NCBI RefSeq assembly: GCF_009834535.1
Contig: NC_045697.1
Span: forward strand, 104,534,001 to 104,598,000
Direction: 5' to 3'
Source: Camelus ferus
Taxonomy: Eukaryota
DNA length: 64,000 bases
The stretch's first letter is position 1. Every line of letters begins with the position of its first letter. The translations under genes were made by a program, and so were the position numbers. Below, piece by piece: positions 1 to 13,374 of the stretch. The notes beneath the pieces are model-generated. The model saw nothing but the letters and a program-made list of their open reading frames with translations. It did not search any database and was not told the DNA's origin.

Positions 1-1577
1 CCTTCAATTCAGAAGCAAGGTCTTCGGAAGGCTACAGGCCACGGCTAATTCAAAGAGTCAAACGGAGCAACCACTTCCTCCTCTCCTGATCAAGAGGAAG
101 AAATGTAAGACTTGGTTGCAGGGCTGCCATAGACTGTGCGCACATGTGTGCTATAATGCAAAGTTAAACCAAGTTCTAAATTACTGTCAGACAAGGAGAA
201 CCTAGACGCAGTCTTGACGCTGAGGGGAAAAAATATTAAATGAATTGTGTTTTATCTGAAGAAGTCAATCCATTTTTACTTGTTTATTATTACTTCTTGC
301 CTAGTTAAAAGAAGGTGGGGGGGGTTAATACAGCTTTTTATTAACACCAGGCATAAATATTGTTGAAATAGAAATTAAAACCAGAAAAGGAGAAAGAACC
401 AAGTATCCTAACCACAAAGGATAATATAGTTACTGTGACTGAGCTCCACGCCTGGCCCCAAGCTTCCTGGCAGTCAAGACCAAAAGGAAAACACAGGGGG
501 TTATAGCATTGCCAATGAAAGAAAGCACACAAATGCTTCAAGGGAGAAAACCTTTGTTTCTGGTAATAAATTTTCCCCGAAGCATTCATCACTAGATTAA
601 ACAATAATTGATAACAGTTGGGATCTCGTGGAAGGAGCTTGAATTTGTATTTCTTAAAGAGTGCTATTTTTTATCTTGGCATAAACGTATTATTCATCTC
701 TTACTTCTGAGAGGTTAATAATATGTCTGCGACTGATGCTACAATTGTATTATTGTGGAAAATGTATAAGAACGAGGACGATACGTCAAAGTCTTTCTTT
801 CTCTCAGTTTCTCATAAGCAGACTTTATCATTTTAATCAAAGGCAGATGCCAGTCCGTGGTGGCACCCTGTAGAACTGCTTTTCATCTTCATATCTACTA
901 AGGGATACAAGAAACTATCTCCAGCTCCATAAATAAGTGAGCATTCCCCAAAGAATGATAGTGCCAATGGGATTTTAAAATAGCTTACATATTTTACTAT
1001 AGTCCAAAATTTTTTGGCATATAGTGGGTTTGTTTCCATTTTAATGTCAGAAATAGGGGAATGGTTTTCTCCTTCCTTGGAAAGATGGAGAAAAGTGTCT
1101 CTACAAAAGTGGAACACTGGCACATGCAAAGGCATTATAGAAAATATTAAGACGTGAAAGATACAGGCTTATAGCAAGAGACAAAACAAGAGAGGACAGA
1201 TATTAAGGGAAAGGGTGTCACCTATGAAGGACACGAAACATAATGCAGGTGAATTTTCAAGGAAAAGGTGAATTTTAGAAGTTTTGCTGAAAATCCTGCT
1301 TTAAAAGCAAAATTCAAGAACTAAAGGGGAAAAAACAACTTACACAGACTACATTCTGGAGATCCAAGGGGTTACTTAGAGTTTAGCAGGAATAATTGTA
1401 GAATGTATACTATATTGAGTGTGTGTTACATAAGAACAGAAATAATTACACCCACATGAGGATTTAAAGCCTTGTGACCATTGCTACCACAGCCAAAGAG
1501 GAAAGAAAAGGGATAGACATGATAGGTGATTCTGTCCAGAACTAAGGAAAGAGGAGAGAAAGACAATATGAAGAGAA

Positions 1578-1797
1578 AAGCAGGTAGAAAGAGCTTGGAT
1601 TTGGAGTTGGATGCACCTGGATGTGAACCCCGCTTTTACCACTCACTGGTTCTATGATATGGGACGAGTTACAAAGCTTCCCTGAGCCTCAGGTTCTTCA
1701 TTCGTAAAATAAGTAGAATTTATGAGGAGAGGTTAAGTGGAATAATACACAAAATCCCTTGCACAGTGCCTTTTACAAAGATCACTGATACATTTAT
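1578..1797 (+). mobile_element. MIR SINE
   Basis: Core CCTGAGCCTCAGGTTCTTCATTCGTAAAAT and tail GCACAGTGCCT. Confidence 0.8.
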
Positions 1798-1802
1798 AGG
1801 GA

Positions 1803-1972
1803 CTGGAGGAGGGGGCACAGAGGGAGAGAGGGAAAAAAGGAAAGAAGGATGGGGGAGAGAGAGAAGGGAGGGAAGGAAGTAGGAGGGAGGGAAAGAGGAA
1901 GAAAAGAAAGAGAAAGAAGAAAAAGGAAGGAAGGAAGAAGGAGAGTTGCGGAAGGAAGGAGAGAAAGAGATA
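1803..1972. repeat. Polypurine (GA-rich) low-complexity tract
   Basis: About 170 bp of almost only G and A (GGAA/GAGA units). Confidence 0.9.
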
Positions 1973-3294
1973 AATCTCTACTTAGGGTACCTGCAAAGAA
2001 ATACAGACAGTCAAATAAAATAGAGGAGAAAGCCTGTACTGTTGCACCACGCTGGTGTCTTAGTGTAGCAATGCCCCTTAGAGATTGCTGAATTCTACTC
2101 CAATTTTATAGATAGTTAAGCTGAGGCCCAAAGTGGTACTAAGTTAAGGTCACACTGCCAGTTTGCAATAGATTTCTTCTTTGTAGGGAAAAAAAACCCA
2201 AAAAACTATTACAGTCATTTTAGAAAAGAAAATTAATGGCAGGCAAAGCTAGGTGATTATTTATGACCATAAACAGAGGTTGAGCATAGCTCTGGCTGAC
2301 CTAACTTTCCAAAATTTATTACCTGAAATTTTTTACCTCCTTTTGGCCTAGTCACTAGAAGATTTTCTCCTAAATTTAATGAAGAGTGTTGAAGATTCTA
2401 TTTAAATAAAAACTATTTATTGAACATTTTATTCATTGTAAGACTGCCAAGACTAAGCATATTGCTCTTTGGAGTAAATAATTATTACCTCTTTGTTACT
2501 TTAACCACTGTCTCTGAAGACAGTTCAGCCCAGACATGTCAGTTAATACCAGAATCATTACTTCTTGGCAGCCAGTGGTTCTTGATAACTTTTCCCTTAT
2601 TCTAGCCAAATCTTAGTAGATATAGTAACAGAGATCCTTTTCAGTGCCCTATAGCCCTGGTTGTTATTTTAAAAATTGTAGCCAGAAAGAGTATTTCTCA
2701 AAGGAAAAAAAAAACTTTTCTCTAAAAAAATAAATTATACGTTCCAGCCAATGAAGACTATTGTTAAATATTTGTAGGGAATATAAGAATATGTTTCAGT
2801 TCTTTCTTTCATTGTTTCAAAGTCCAAATTACTTAAAAACATTTGGAAGGGGATTTTGGTTTATGTGTATTTTTGACATCAGCTTATGCCCCAAGATCTA
2901 TCCAGATTGACCTCATCTTAGGTAAGTAGCAGAAGTACTTTGTTCTACTCTTCAACCAGATTTCTTGACTTTTCACTTGGTGATCACTAGTCCATCACCT
3001 CTCAGTCCTCAGACACTAGCTATGTTTTTAGGCCCTTTGTAGCCTTCACATAGAAGTGGCAGGTAGATTCCCCCATTTTCCTGAAAAAGTTAGCATCTAA
3101 AAGAGGAGATAATACTTAGTTTAAAAGATAACTACCAACACAAGAAATCATTCTGCCACTTACTAAATGAATAATTACTAAATGAGTAATTTAGTCAATA
3201 AACACTGAGTTAAGAGGAGGCATGTCAGATAGTCAAAGAAGACCTACTTTGTCATGGTGTCATCATCATTATCATCATCAAAATCGCCATCCCC

Positions 3295-3515
3295 ACCATG
3301 TATCCAGCATGTATTAAGTGCTTATCACATGCCACTGGCTATTTAAGTATTTTATATACATTAACTCATTTAATTTTTACAACAACTTGTGAGACAGGTG
3401 ATATTACCCTCATTTACACATGAGGAACTTGAAGCTCAGAACGGTTAAGTGGCTTGTCCGAGATCACACAGTTAAGTACCAGAGCTGAGATTTGAATCCA
3501 CGTTCTGGCTTCAGA
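3295..3515 (-). mobile_element. MIR SINE
   Basis: CATTTTACACATGAGGAACTTGAAGCTCAGAACGGTTAAGTGGCTTGTCCGAGATCACACAG. Confidence 0.85.
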
Positions 3516-3519
3516 GTAT

Positions 3520-4030
3520 AAACCCAAAGGAGGCCCAAAGGAAGTAAGGTTTGATCTGGGTCTTGAAGGACTGGTAAGATTTCACTAAATGGAGAGGAGA
3601 TTGGTGGGGGAAGGTATGAGCAAAAGCAAAAAGGTGAGAAAAGTCACAGTCTGCCTGGAAGTGGAGAAAGACAAGATTGGAAAGCTTAGCTATTGGTAAC
3701 AGTAACAACAAAACCACTGAGACTTTTAAGCCAGAAATGTAAAAATCAAAATGACATTTTGGGAAGATAATTCTGACAATAATGTGCAAGATGGATTCAA
3801 GCAGCTTAAGAACTAATTGGCAGACCATTATAAGTCAGATTTACAGATATAAAGACTTGGACAAGAAGTAATGAGAAGGAAGAAATGAAGGAGAAACATT
3901 ACAAAAAGAAGCGTCAGATCTCAGTCACTGAATGAGCCTGAGGGGTCAGAAAAAAATGAAGAACCAAAGATGGCTCTGAACTCAACCTGGACAAATAGGA
4001 ATATAGTGTCACTATTGACAGAAACTGGAG
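3520..4030 (-). mobile_element. Degenerate L2 LINE fragment
   Basis: L2-like tracts such as TGATCTGGGTCTTGAAGGACTGGTAAGATTT and GAAGATAATTCTGACAATAATGTG. Confidence 0.55.
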
Positions 4031-4814
4031 AGTTAGTTGATTTTACAAAGACAATGATGCGTTAAATTGATCATTTCTCTGAAGTCACTGGTTGTTCTAC
4101 ACAAATCACTTTCTTCACTGTGTTACTTCTGTCTCTGACACTCCATGTTTCTATTTTCCATTGACCCTCTTGTCTTCTTTCCCATCCTTTACCCTGCAGA
4201 CAGCACACCCATTCTCATAGCTTCAGTGCTAAGTTGTATGTTCTTTATTCCTTAATTCTATATCTATTTCCAGCCTTAGCCTGTCTCCTGAGTTCAACAT
4301 CTCTAGTGTGCTAAGGCTTCTACTTGGAGACTTGAGACATCTCATATTAACGTGTTCTCAGATAAGCAAAGTGGATGGCAGGCAGCAAAGCCAAAATTGC
4401 AAGCCTTTACCACCAAACCATATGATCAATAAGTCTTAATCCGTGCTCCACATTAGAATCAACTATGAAATGTTTAATATTCTCACGTGGCCAGCGCATA
4501 CCCCAGAATCTCTAGGAGAGGGTCTGAACATATATCACTGGAAGTCTTTCTCTTGTGAAATGAGGGTTGGAAATTACTAACCCATGGTGAGATTCATCAT
4601 CAGAGCTACAGCTCAAGGTCTGAAAAAAGGAAATGGAACAACCAGAAGTCAGAGTCAGGTTGGAGAACAGAGCTCAGTTCCTGGATGAAACAACAGGAAC
4701 AAACGTGTAGAGCTGTCAGGATAGCAGAGACCAAAAATGGGTTGTCAGCTGGACAGTCAGGGGTATTGGACAACAAAGCAATGAGAAACAGAGGAGGCAT
4801 TGTGGTTTGGACTA

Positions 4815-4999
4815 ATAGTTCTGTAAGTGTGGTCCCCAGGCTAGCAACTTCAGCATCACCTGGAAACTTAGAAATGCACAATTTCTCAGCCACATGTGAC
4901 CTACTGAATCTAAAACTCTGGCAGTGGGGCTCAGCAATGTATGTTTTAACGAGTCACCCAGGTGGTGGTGACACACAAGAAAATCTGAGATTCACTAGC
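4815..4999. mobile_element. MER5A-like hAT-Charlie MITE (further fragments ~4430-4580 and ~5530-5670)
   Basis: AAGTGTGGTCCCC...CAGCATCACCTGGAAACTTAGAAATGCA...CCTACTGAATC. Confidence 0.8.
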
Positions 5000-5109
5000 C
5001 AAGAATCTCATAGGACAGACAGACCTAAGCAGAGAAGAGGTCTGGAGACCTTAAATGTTTCCAGGATCTCATGGAAACCTTAATTACCCATGCCTTATAC
5101 TACAAGGCA

Positions 5110-5480
5110 AGTTTCATCTAATACTAGAGAATTGATATTTTATAGACAGTATTCTCTGACGGCAATGCAACAAAGTTAGAAATCAATACTTAAAGGTCTG
5201 TAAAAAAGTACAATTAGAAACTAAAAACCAGACTTCTAAATAATTCATTGGAGAAATCCAAATGATACTGGAAATTATAAAATACTTAGAACTGAATGTT
5301 GACAAAAATATTGCACATAAAACTTGCACAATGCCGATAAAGTGATACCTAAGGGGGCAATTATCATCTTAAATATGTATGTTAGAAAAGATTGGGATTA
5401 AAAATTAATGAATTAGGATTCCAAACGTAGATGAAATACACCATTTTCTAAGTTTATCAAATGAACTTGAGAGGAAATAC
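5110..5480 (+). mobile_element. Old L1 ORF2 fragment
   Basis: TTCTCTGAC...AAAGTTAGAAATCAAT...CTTCTAAATAATTCATTG. Confidence 0.7.
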
Positions 5481-7579
5481 TGCGATCATAATATCGAGTC
5501 TACCTGAGCATATTATTACATAATATTACACTGAGAACCCCAGATCAGAAATAACATCACTTGGGAACTGGTTAGAAATGCATATTCTCAGGCCCCACCC
5601 ATCAGAAACTTAGGGTGGGGGGCCTAGCAAACTGTGTTTCAGCAGATCCTCCAGGTGATTCTCATGCAGCCACAACTACAAAGCCCACACTACAGAGGAA
5701 GCTACTAAAATTATTTCATTTATTTTTATCTACCATTAACACCAGAGATCCTGCTTATGAACATTACAAAGGTTTGGGGAGGCTTCCATAGGTGACATTA
5801 GGGATAGCCACAATAATGTGGGTTGCCTACAGTATTTTCTTGCACTTTGCAGGAAGGTGGGACACAAGTCTGGCACGCATTGTAGCCTGTACACTTCAGT
5901 ATAGCACCCTCACCAAGATCTCCGGTTGGTCCTGTGTCCAGTTTTGAATTTGGGGAATTCAAATTGTCTGAACGGTGCCTCTCGAATGTTGTCATGTTTG
6001 GTTTAATTTCCAAACAAACTGATCAGAACACCCTAAAGTGGACAACGATTTGAGATTTGTGTACCGTCTTTGTGCCTGCTTGCTAACAAATGTTGCACAT
6101 GTGTTAGAATTTGTTCTGAAACTTGCTTTCGTTGTAACCTGGTAGGGAGGTGGTGAAGGAAGGGCAAACCTCTTCTTGCCTCTCTTGGTGGCTGCCACTA
6201 TCTACCAAAAAGAATCGGATAGTCATACATGACCAGTTAGTCTGGGCTAGTTCACATTAGTGGATTTAAGAGAGAACAGGGAAAGAGAAATTGGAGATAG
6301 TGAGTACAGACAATTCTTTCAAGATATTTTGTAAATGGAACAGAGACTTAGGACCATGATTGGTGGGGGTTGGGGGGTGTGTGGGGAGTGAAGTCAAGGA
6401 TGATTGCATTCTTTGAGTAGTCAGTCAATAGAGTAATCCTCCTTTTTTCCTTTAAAAAAAATATTCCCCCAATACATTAAAAAGTATCACAAGGAAAAAG
6501 ACAGAGCTTGTGATGCTCAAAAACACATTAAGGTGTTCCAAGTTAATTCACATTCTTCATCTATTATTGTCTAGGTTTGAATGGACACATATGCAATCTA
6601 TTTATTATCCCAAAGGGCTTGGAAAATTAAAAAGTTTATTTAGACCAAGAAAATCAGTTTTTGAAGTTTTAACATTTTCGCCACCGAGAAAGAGGACAGT
6701 CTTGGGCTTTCCATGAGGCATCTATTATTCTGTTCCATTTCTGTGGAATGCCATTCCCCTTCAACCACCACAAACAAACTTTCAACAGCATTTGTTCTTT
6801 GGAGCATTTTGTTTCCATAACTTCAGGTCACAGGAAGGTTGGACAGGAGAGAAGGACTTTTGTTAACGAATCCCTCTCTTTCTCCAAAGGCTTAATCCTG
6901 ATCCAGTTAGAATGCTTAATTTTCTTCTGCAGTAAATATACCCCAAGGTTATTTTCCCTGGTGAATTAGCTGGGCACAAATGAATCCTGAGTTTTCATGG
7001 CTTGACTTCAAATTTTTTCTTTTACAATTCCCTGCCTGGCAAAATTCTCAAATTGAAGACTAACTCATACAGACTGCCAGATTGGGCCTTCTGATTAAAA
7101 GAATGAGTCTCTTCAGCTGACAATGTCATTGTAAGGAACTAACCAAGGAAAGGTGAGATCTAAATGTCTATTCTAGAGAAAAGGCTTAGCCAGCCAAAAT
7201 AAATTAAGTATACTTAGACAAGGCACATTCTAAACATTGCTAACCCACCATCCAGATGTGTCTATGAAAACATCTCCAAATTGGTTCCTTTTGGAAAGCA
7301 TAATTTTGAACCACTGATGAAAACAAACCTCTATTTTTCATCAGATCTAATGAACTGTGCTACTTTATTAAACAAGGAACTGATTATTCTGCATATGTCT
7401 TTGTCTCCTACAAAAAGGTCTCATTTTCACAATAAAAAATAATAAATCTTTGAATTCAAATTGTCTTCATCTCTAAGGAAGTCAAGAATTCTATTGATTT
7501 TAAAAACTAATCTTTGAAAATAGTCGTTGGTAAGGTATGAGAACACTTAATACTGACTGACATTTACTTAATTTTGGTT

Positions 7580-7770
7580 TAAGGGAGCATTATATTCATT
7601 CTCCCCAAACCTGTAAGATAGGGATGGGCAGGTAGTATTGTTGCCATTTTGCAGATGGGGAAACTGAGGTTCAGAAATTTAAGGGACTTGCTCAAGTTCC
7701 CAAAGCTAGGAATGCTAAAGGCAAAATCCAATTATATGACTTCAAACTCCAATCCAACAGCCTTTCATTA
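7580..7770 (-). mobile_element. MIR SINE
   Basis: CCATTTTGCAGATGGGGAAACTGAGGTTCAGA. Confidence 0.8.
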
Positions 7771-8869
7771 CATCACTTATGTTCCATTTGGGTATCTAAG
7801 CAGAAGACAGCGACTCACCAGTACCATCCTGTTTCCAATGGGTTATATATCAATCCTTTCTCAGCTGATTTAGTGATTGGATTCCATACTGGTCTTACTG
7901 AATGGACTATTCCAAAGACCATAGCGTTTATAATTTTTTTAAGAAAAATTATAAACCACAAAACTTTTAATGCTCAAATAAGTTCATGGTTCAAACGTAA
8001 TAAGGTGTCTAAAGATTTCAAAGCGATTAAAAGAATATTTCCAGCCAATGCTGCATTCCTACCACAATGTTAAACAATTTTTTAAAAACTTTATCTAATA
8101 TTAACTGCTCAACAGTTAGAGGAGGGGAAAAGTGTATGTTCATTAGACAAGAGACTGAACAAGGGTCTAAAAAAGTAACAAGCAATTGCTATACAGAGCC
8201 CAGAAAGCCTTCAGTTCATGCTGACAAGAAATACTTATGTTCATTCCTTCCCAAAACCCATTTAAATTACAAAATATATTTTCAAAGAATAAATTTCTAA
8301 CAGCAGTGGAAACAAGAAAAGATATAATCAGACCAGAAACTTGGAGGAAATAAAAAGCAGATGAGATCAGACTGATGGAAAATCCAAACCAGAAAAAACT
8401 GTAACACACAATAGGTGTGGGAAAGACAGCCATGAAAGACATTCATCTCTAAGGACTCATCAGAGAGAAACTGTGAGCTCTGAATCCACAAATGTGAGGG
8501 GCAGAGTGGATGAGGAGGAGATTATCAGGGTAGTCAATTAAAGAAATACCTATAAAACATCTGAGCCAACTGTGTCCCTGCTTCTCCCCATCTATGGAAA
8601 TCTTCTGGCTCAGATATTTGCTTCCAGAAGATCTCATTGAGCAGGGCTCCTAACACAGGGCAAGAAATGGAAGCACCACTGAGGCCAAGGGAGCTCCAGA
8701 CACCCACAATGGACACACACATAGACACACACACACCCAGGAAAGGAGTAACTTCCACCCCCATTCCTTGCACTGGCAATCCTGGGTTGTCTCAGCCGGC
8801 ACAGCTGCTCCCAGCTAACACAGTCTAAAAGAAAGCATGTCTGCTGGCACAGAAATTTTAAAATTCAAT

Positions 8870-10370
8870 GAGAAATGCCATGTTCCTAGAAAACGTAAAC
8901 ATCAGACTTCCAGCAGAAGTTGTAAACCCAAATTGGATAATAATCTTACAACAAATTAAAATTATGGTGGGGGGAGGGGTGCCCCCAAAAGAGCACCGGG
9001 TCCAGACTGTTTTATGGGTGAATTTGCCTCAATAAAACCAATAGTCTTTATTTTATTTACAGTATCTCTAGATATTTTTAAAAACGAGCCTCCTAACTCA
9101 TTCTATGAGGATAGCACAAACACACACACAAATAATAAATGCTACTAGCTGGATGCTGCAGGACGTACCTGTCTTGCCAATAATCCTGTTTAGAGAGCAT
9201 TTGTCAATGCTGAATATACATGTTATGAGACCCAATATCCATTCTCCTATTCCTGCAGTCTCCACTTCTATTTGTGATCCTTATCTACTCTACTTAATTT
9301 TTTAAAACAAATTTGTCTCCTCTAGGCATTTAAGTTTACAATTCTTACCATACAGCAATTTCACTTATGAATGTAAATTTTAAAATTTTTGCTAAAATAT
9401 TAGCAAGTCAAATGTAGCATAGAGTAAAAGACGAAAGCATTATAACTAAATAGAGCTTACATAAGGACTGGCTTATCATTAGAAAATTAATTCACAGAAT
9501 TCACCGTGTTAACATATTAAAGAACCATTGGATAAGTGGACAAACACACACATACACAAACTTGAAAATTTTATATCCATTCCCAATTCTTTTGTAACTC
9601 TCAGTAAGCTGACAATAAAGAGAAACTATTTGGAAACTATTAATTTGATAAAGAGAATGTATCTGAAACATAGAGCAACCGACATTCTTAAGGGTAAAAG
9701 ATAAGAATTAAGAAAAAGACAAATTATCACAATTATCCAAACTGATTTTGAAGTTCTTTGATAATGCAATAAGACAAGAAAGAAAATAAAGTATAACTAT
9801 TAGGGAAAAAATAGACAAGGCTTTGAATAATTATAGGTCAAGATAATCCATTGAAAACTATTGGAACTAATGAGAGAGTTTCCTGAGGGATCAAGATACA
9901 AGATAGGTACACTAAAATAATTACATTACTATAAATCAACAATACTATCAAATGAAATAAAAATATATTTATAATAACAATTTTAAATTTAAATATTCAT
10001 ATATTTAAGAATAACCAAACCAAAAAGGTATAAGAAAATTATAAAATACTTCTGAAAAACCTTTTCAAAAATCTGAATAAACACCAAAATACATTATTAT
10101 TTTATACATAGGGAGATTTCATTGGTAAATGTATTGATTTTTGCCAAATTGATAGCTACAAATTCAATGTGATTCTGACAAAAATCCATACTATTTTCAA
10201 TGGAAATTGAAAAGCTGATTTTAAAGTTTATTTGTAATAGTGAATGTAACCAGGGAAAGAAAAACAACTTAAAAATTGAAAAAGAATCATTATGAGAGAT
10301 TTTTCCCTAGCAAATATGAAAAAAAAAACCTATAAAGCCATATTAATTAAAGCAGAGAATTCACATTAAA
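8870..10370 (+). mobile_element. Old, fragmented L1 ORF2 region
   Basis: A-rich with L1 motifs (CCAGACTGTTTTATGGGTGAATT, AAAATATTAGCAAGTCAAAT, TGGAAATTGAAAAGCTGATTTTAAAGTTTAT). Confidence 0.7.
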
Positions 10371-10853
10371 AATATACATAGACAGATACATAGATATAGA
10401 TACAGACATAGATACACACACAGGAGTCTCCAGGATATACCGGTACCCACTATGATGAAGGAAATATATGAAACGAGGACATCAGTGTGTCCTACGGAGC
10501 TTTGTACCCTCAGTGCATCAGGATCAGCCAGAGGAACCCTAGAAGCTGAAAGACTAGGAGACTGTGTAGTTTACAGACACTTTAAATGCATTGTGGGATA
10601 TCCATAAAGATGAAATGCCAGGAACCTGTAAGTGATCTTACATATAAATGTAATAGTAGGAACTTATTAAGGGTGAGCATCTTAGTTATTTTTAACCATG
10701 GGTCACAGTTGGCTTCTTCAGAAACACATGAATTATATAACCCAGTATCAAAGAAAATACTTGCACTATAAAAAAAGAAAGAAAAGAAAATACTTGCACT
10801 ATGAACATGTGAACCAAGGCTTTTCAGCTGACACTATTGAAATTTGGGGACAA

Positions 10854-10966
10854 GGGGAGGGTATAGCTCAGTGGTAGGGCATATGCTTAGCACATGCAAG
10901 GTCCTGGTTCAATCCCCAGTACCTCCGTTAAAACTAACTAAATAAATAAATTACCTCTCCCCCCCA

Positions 10967-11003
<37 letters not shown>
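10854..11003 (+). mobile_element. tRNA-derived SINE (camelid type), copy 1
   Basis: A box TAGCTCAGTGG, B box GGTTCAATCC, TTACCTC-C-run, ~36-nt poly(A). Confidence 0.9.
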
Positions 11004-11005
<2 letters not shown>

Positions 11006-12101
11006 AAGAAAAAAAAGAAAAAAGAAAGAAAGGAGAAAAATGTTTTTTAAAAGATTTTTTTAAAAAGAAGAAATATTTTTAAAAAGACAGCATTTTGTCA
11101 GGTTTTTATTGAGCACCTACTATACTGTTTTACGAATAGCTCTAAGATAAATGGGAGTCTTTAGTAAGGGATGCAACCTTAAAAATTAACATTTTCTTCG
11201 GGGGAGGAAATAGGATCTCCTTAGAATGATTCACCTTATGATGAATTTTCCAGAAAAACTCTGGTAAGGAAATAAGATTTGCCTATACCTGCCCTATCTT
11301 TCTTACAGGAATGTTATGAGGCTTAAAAAAATGTTGACTATAAATGCAACGTGAAAAAGTTAAGTGAATTAAATGCAAATTATTACCCCCCCCCAAAAAA
11401 ATCCCAATTCCCTAGCCTGGAAATATTCCACCCTAGGCAGCATGATCTCTATACATGTTCACCCTTTAAGATTTTAAAATTTGTAGGACCAAGGACTGTA
11501 TATATTATATTCTTTTCCATTATAAAGCCTCAATAAAGAAAACCAAAAAAAGAATACAATTAAACAAGCATCTGAGGAACCTAGAAGACAGAAAATGGAC
11601 ACATTCTAACCTCTGGAGTGATGAGTTTAAGTGCACTCAGCTGGCTGTCTGGAAAGAGCTCGCAGGTGGGGTGAGTCAGAGGCTGTGATGCAAGAATGAG
11701 TGTGTTTCTGAAAAGGACCTGGGAGGGCACTCTGGGCAGAGTGAGTGGCAAATGCAAAGGCAAGGTGTCAGGAGAGGGCGGAACTGGGTAGCACTTGCTT
11801 GAGAGTCGTCAAATAGATGTGCCTGACTAAAGTCAGAGAACACACAGGCCCAAAAGTGGGGCCGGACCTATAACAAATGATAAATACAGACTAGCAGGAT
11901 TTCACTTTACAATACTGATGCAGGCGTCTTGGTGTCCCGTAGTTCAAGGTAGAAGACAGGAAACATCCTTGCAGGGTTCTGGGATGGGAGAGTAGATGGG
12001 CGGTTCTATGAATGTAGAGCCGGCTCTGAATAAAGGCAGGAAGAGGCGATGGGCAGAGCCGTTCACATGACCTCTTAAGTTAGTTCCCACCAGTCCCTTA
12101 T

Positions 12102-12154
12102 CAAAAACAAAAACAAAAACAAAAAAACAAAACAAACAAACAAACAAAAAAAAA
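12102..12154. repeat. (A)nC microsatellite
   Basis: CAAAAA and CAAA units. Confidence 0.85.
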
Positions 12155-12928
12155 CCCCACAACTTTTTAAATGTTCTAAGGAAATATTATCAGCTCCCAG
12201 AAAAAAAAAAAAAAAAAAGAGCATCTCCAAGCAATAAAGCAGGCAAGTGCTCAAAGCAAAGGAGCTTAAAATGTCGTAAAAAAGCAACGGCTAACATTTA
12301 ATATCCTTGAGATACGACTTTTTTTTTAGTCTCGCATGGACAGAAATCACAAAACTTTAGCATGACTAAGCCTTACCTGTAGTGACGCACAACAACATGG
12401 TTTTACTGAAATAGTGACTGATGACACATCGCCACATCCTCGAGCCTTACCTATGCCAGCGTTTCCTCATGTTGCTTAACCACAGAAAGCTTTGTGAATT
12501 GTAAAAAGTTGATGAAACACCCACCTAGAAGATATTATGCGCGCTTGACCAAAAGGGGAGAGCAGAAAACAAGTCCTTCGGGAACATATCAAAACTGAAC
12601 TTCGTATGTTTGAGAAGAAATCAACATTTAATAAAATCACAAATAGATTCAATAGGTAAAAGCTTTTATATTTTAGAGATAATCAAAGATTTAGAAGTGA
12701 ATGTTATTAGGTCTATAATTGCACTTTAAAATACTTTCACAGAAATATAGACCTTTGCGAAGCACATAAAGAAAACTGGCAACATTTCAACCACTCAGAC
12801 CCAAAGGATGGTACATGAAACAGCAAGCTGGAATAGAGCTACAGAGTCTGGAGTGTAGGTGCTCCATGTCTGAAAAACCATGCTGCCATTTTCAAGACCC
12901 AAGTATTAGATGTGCAAATATTAGTTGT

Positions 12929-13374
12929 TGTTATGGGCTGAATTGTGTCCCCCTTAAAATTAGATGCAGGTATTAAATGTGCAAGTATTAGATGTGTCCC
13001 CCCTAAAATTCATATGCTGAACTCCTAACCCCCAACAGCTCAGAATGTAACTGTGTTTGGAATTAGGGCCTTTAAAGAGGTAATTAAGACAAAATGAGCT
13101 CATATGGTGGACCCTAATCCAATGGGACCAGGGTCCTCGTAAGAAGAGAGGATTAGGACATACACCTACTCACACAAGGAAGGACCATGTGAAGACACAG
13201 CAAGCAGGCTGCAGTCTGCAAGGCAAGGAGAGAGGCCTCAGGGGAAACCAAACCTGCTGACACCTTGACTGCAGACCTGCTCTCTAGCTCCCAGAAGCGT
13301 GAGAACTAAATTTCTGTTGTTTCAGCCATCCTGTCTGTGGTATTTTGTTATGGCAGCCCCAGCAAACGAATTCA
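12929..13374 (+). mobile_element. MaLR solo LTR (MLT1A/B-like)
   Basis: TGTTATGGGCTGAATTGTGTCCCC ... TGTGGTATTTTGTTATGGCAGCCCCAGCAAACGAATTCA. 5-bp TSD GTTGT/GATGT. Confidence 0.9.

Noticed and set aside
1849..2091. 80-aa R/E/K/G-rich ORF
   Set aside because: Translation of the polypurine tract
10440..10555. Possible C/D snoRNA (ATGATGA...CTGA)
   Set aside because: Intergenic, no terminal stem, motifs common by chance
10854..10926. tRNA gene (and the eight similar copies)
   Set aside because: Diverged copies with A-rich tails and mostly TSDs, so SINEs rather than functional tRNAs
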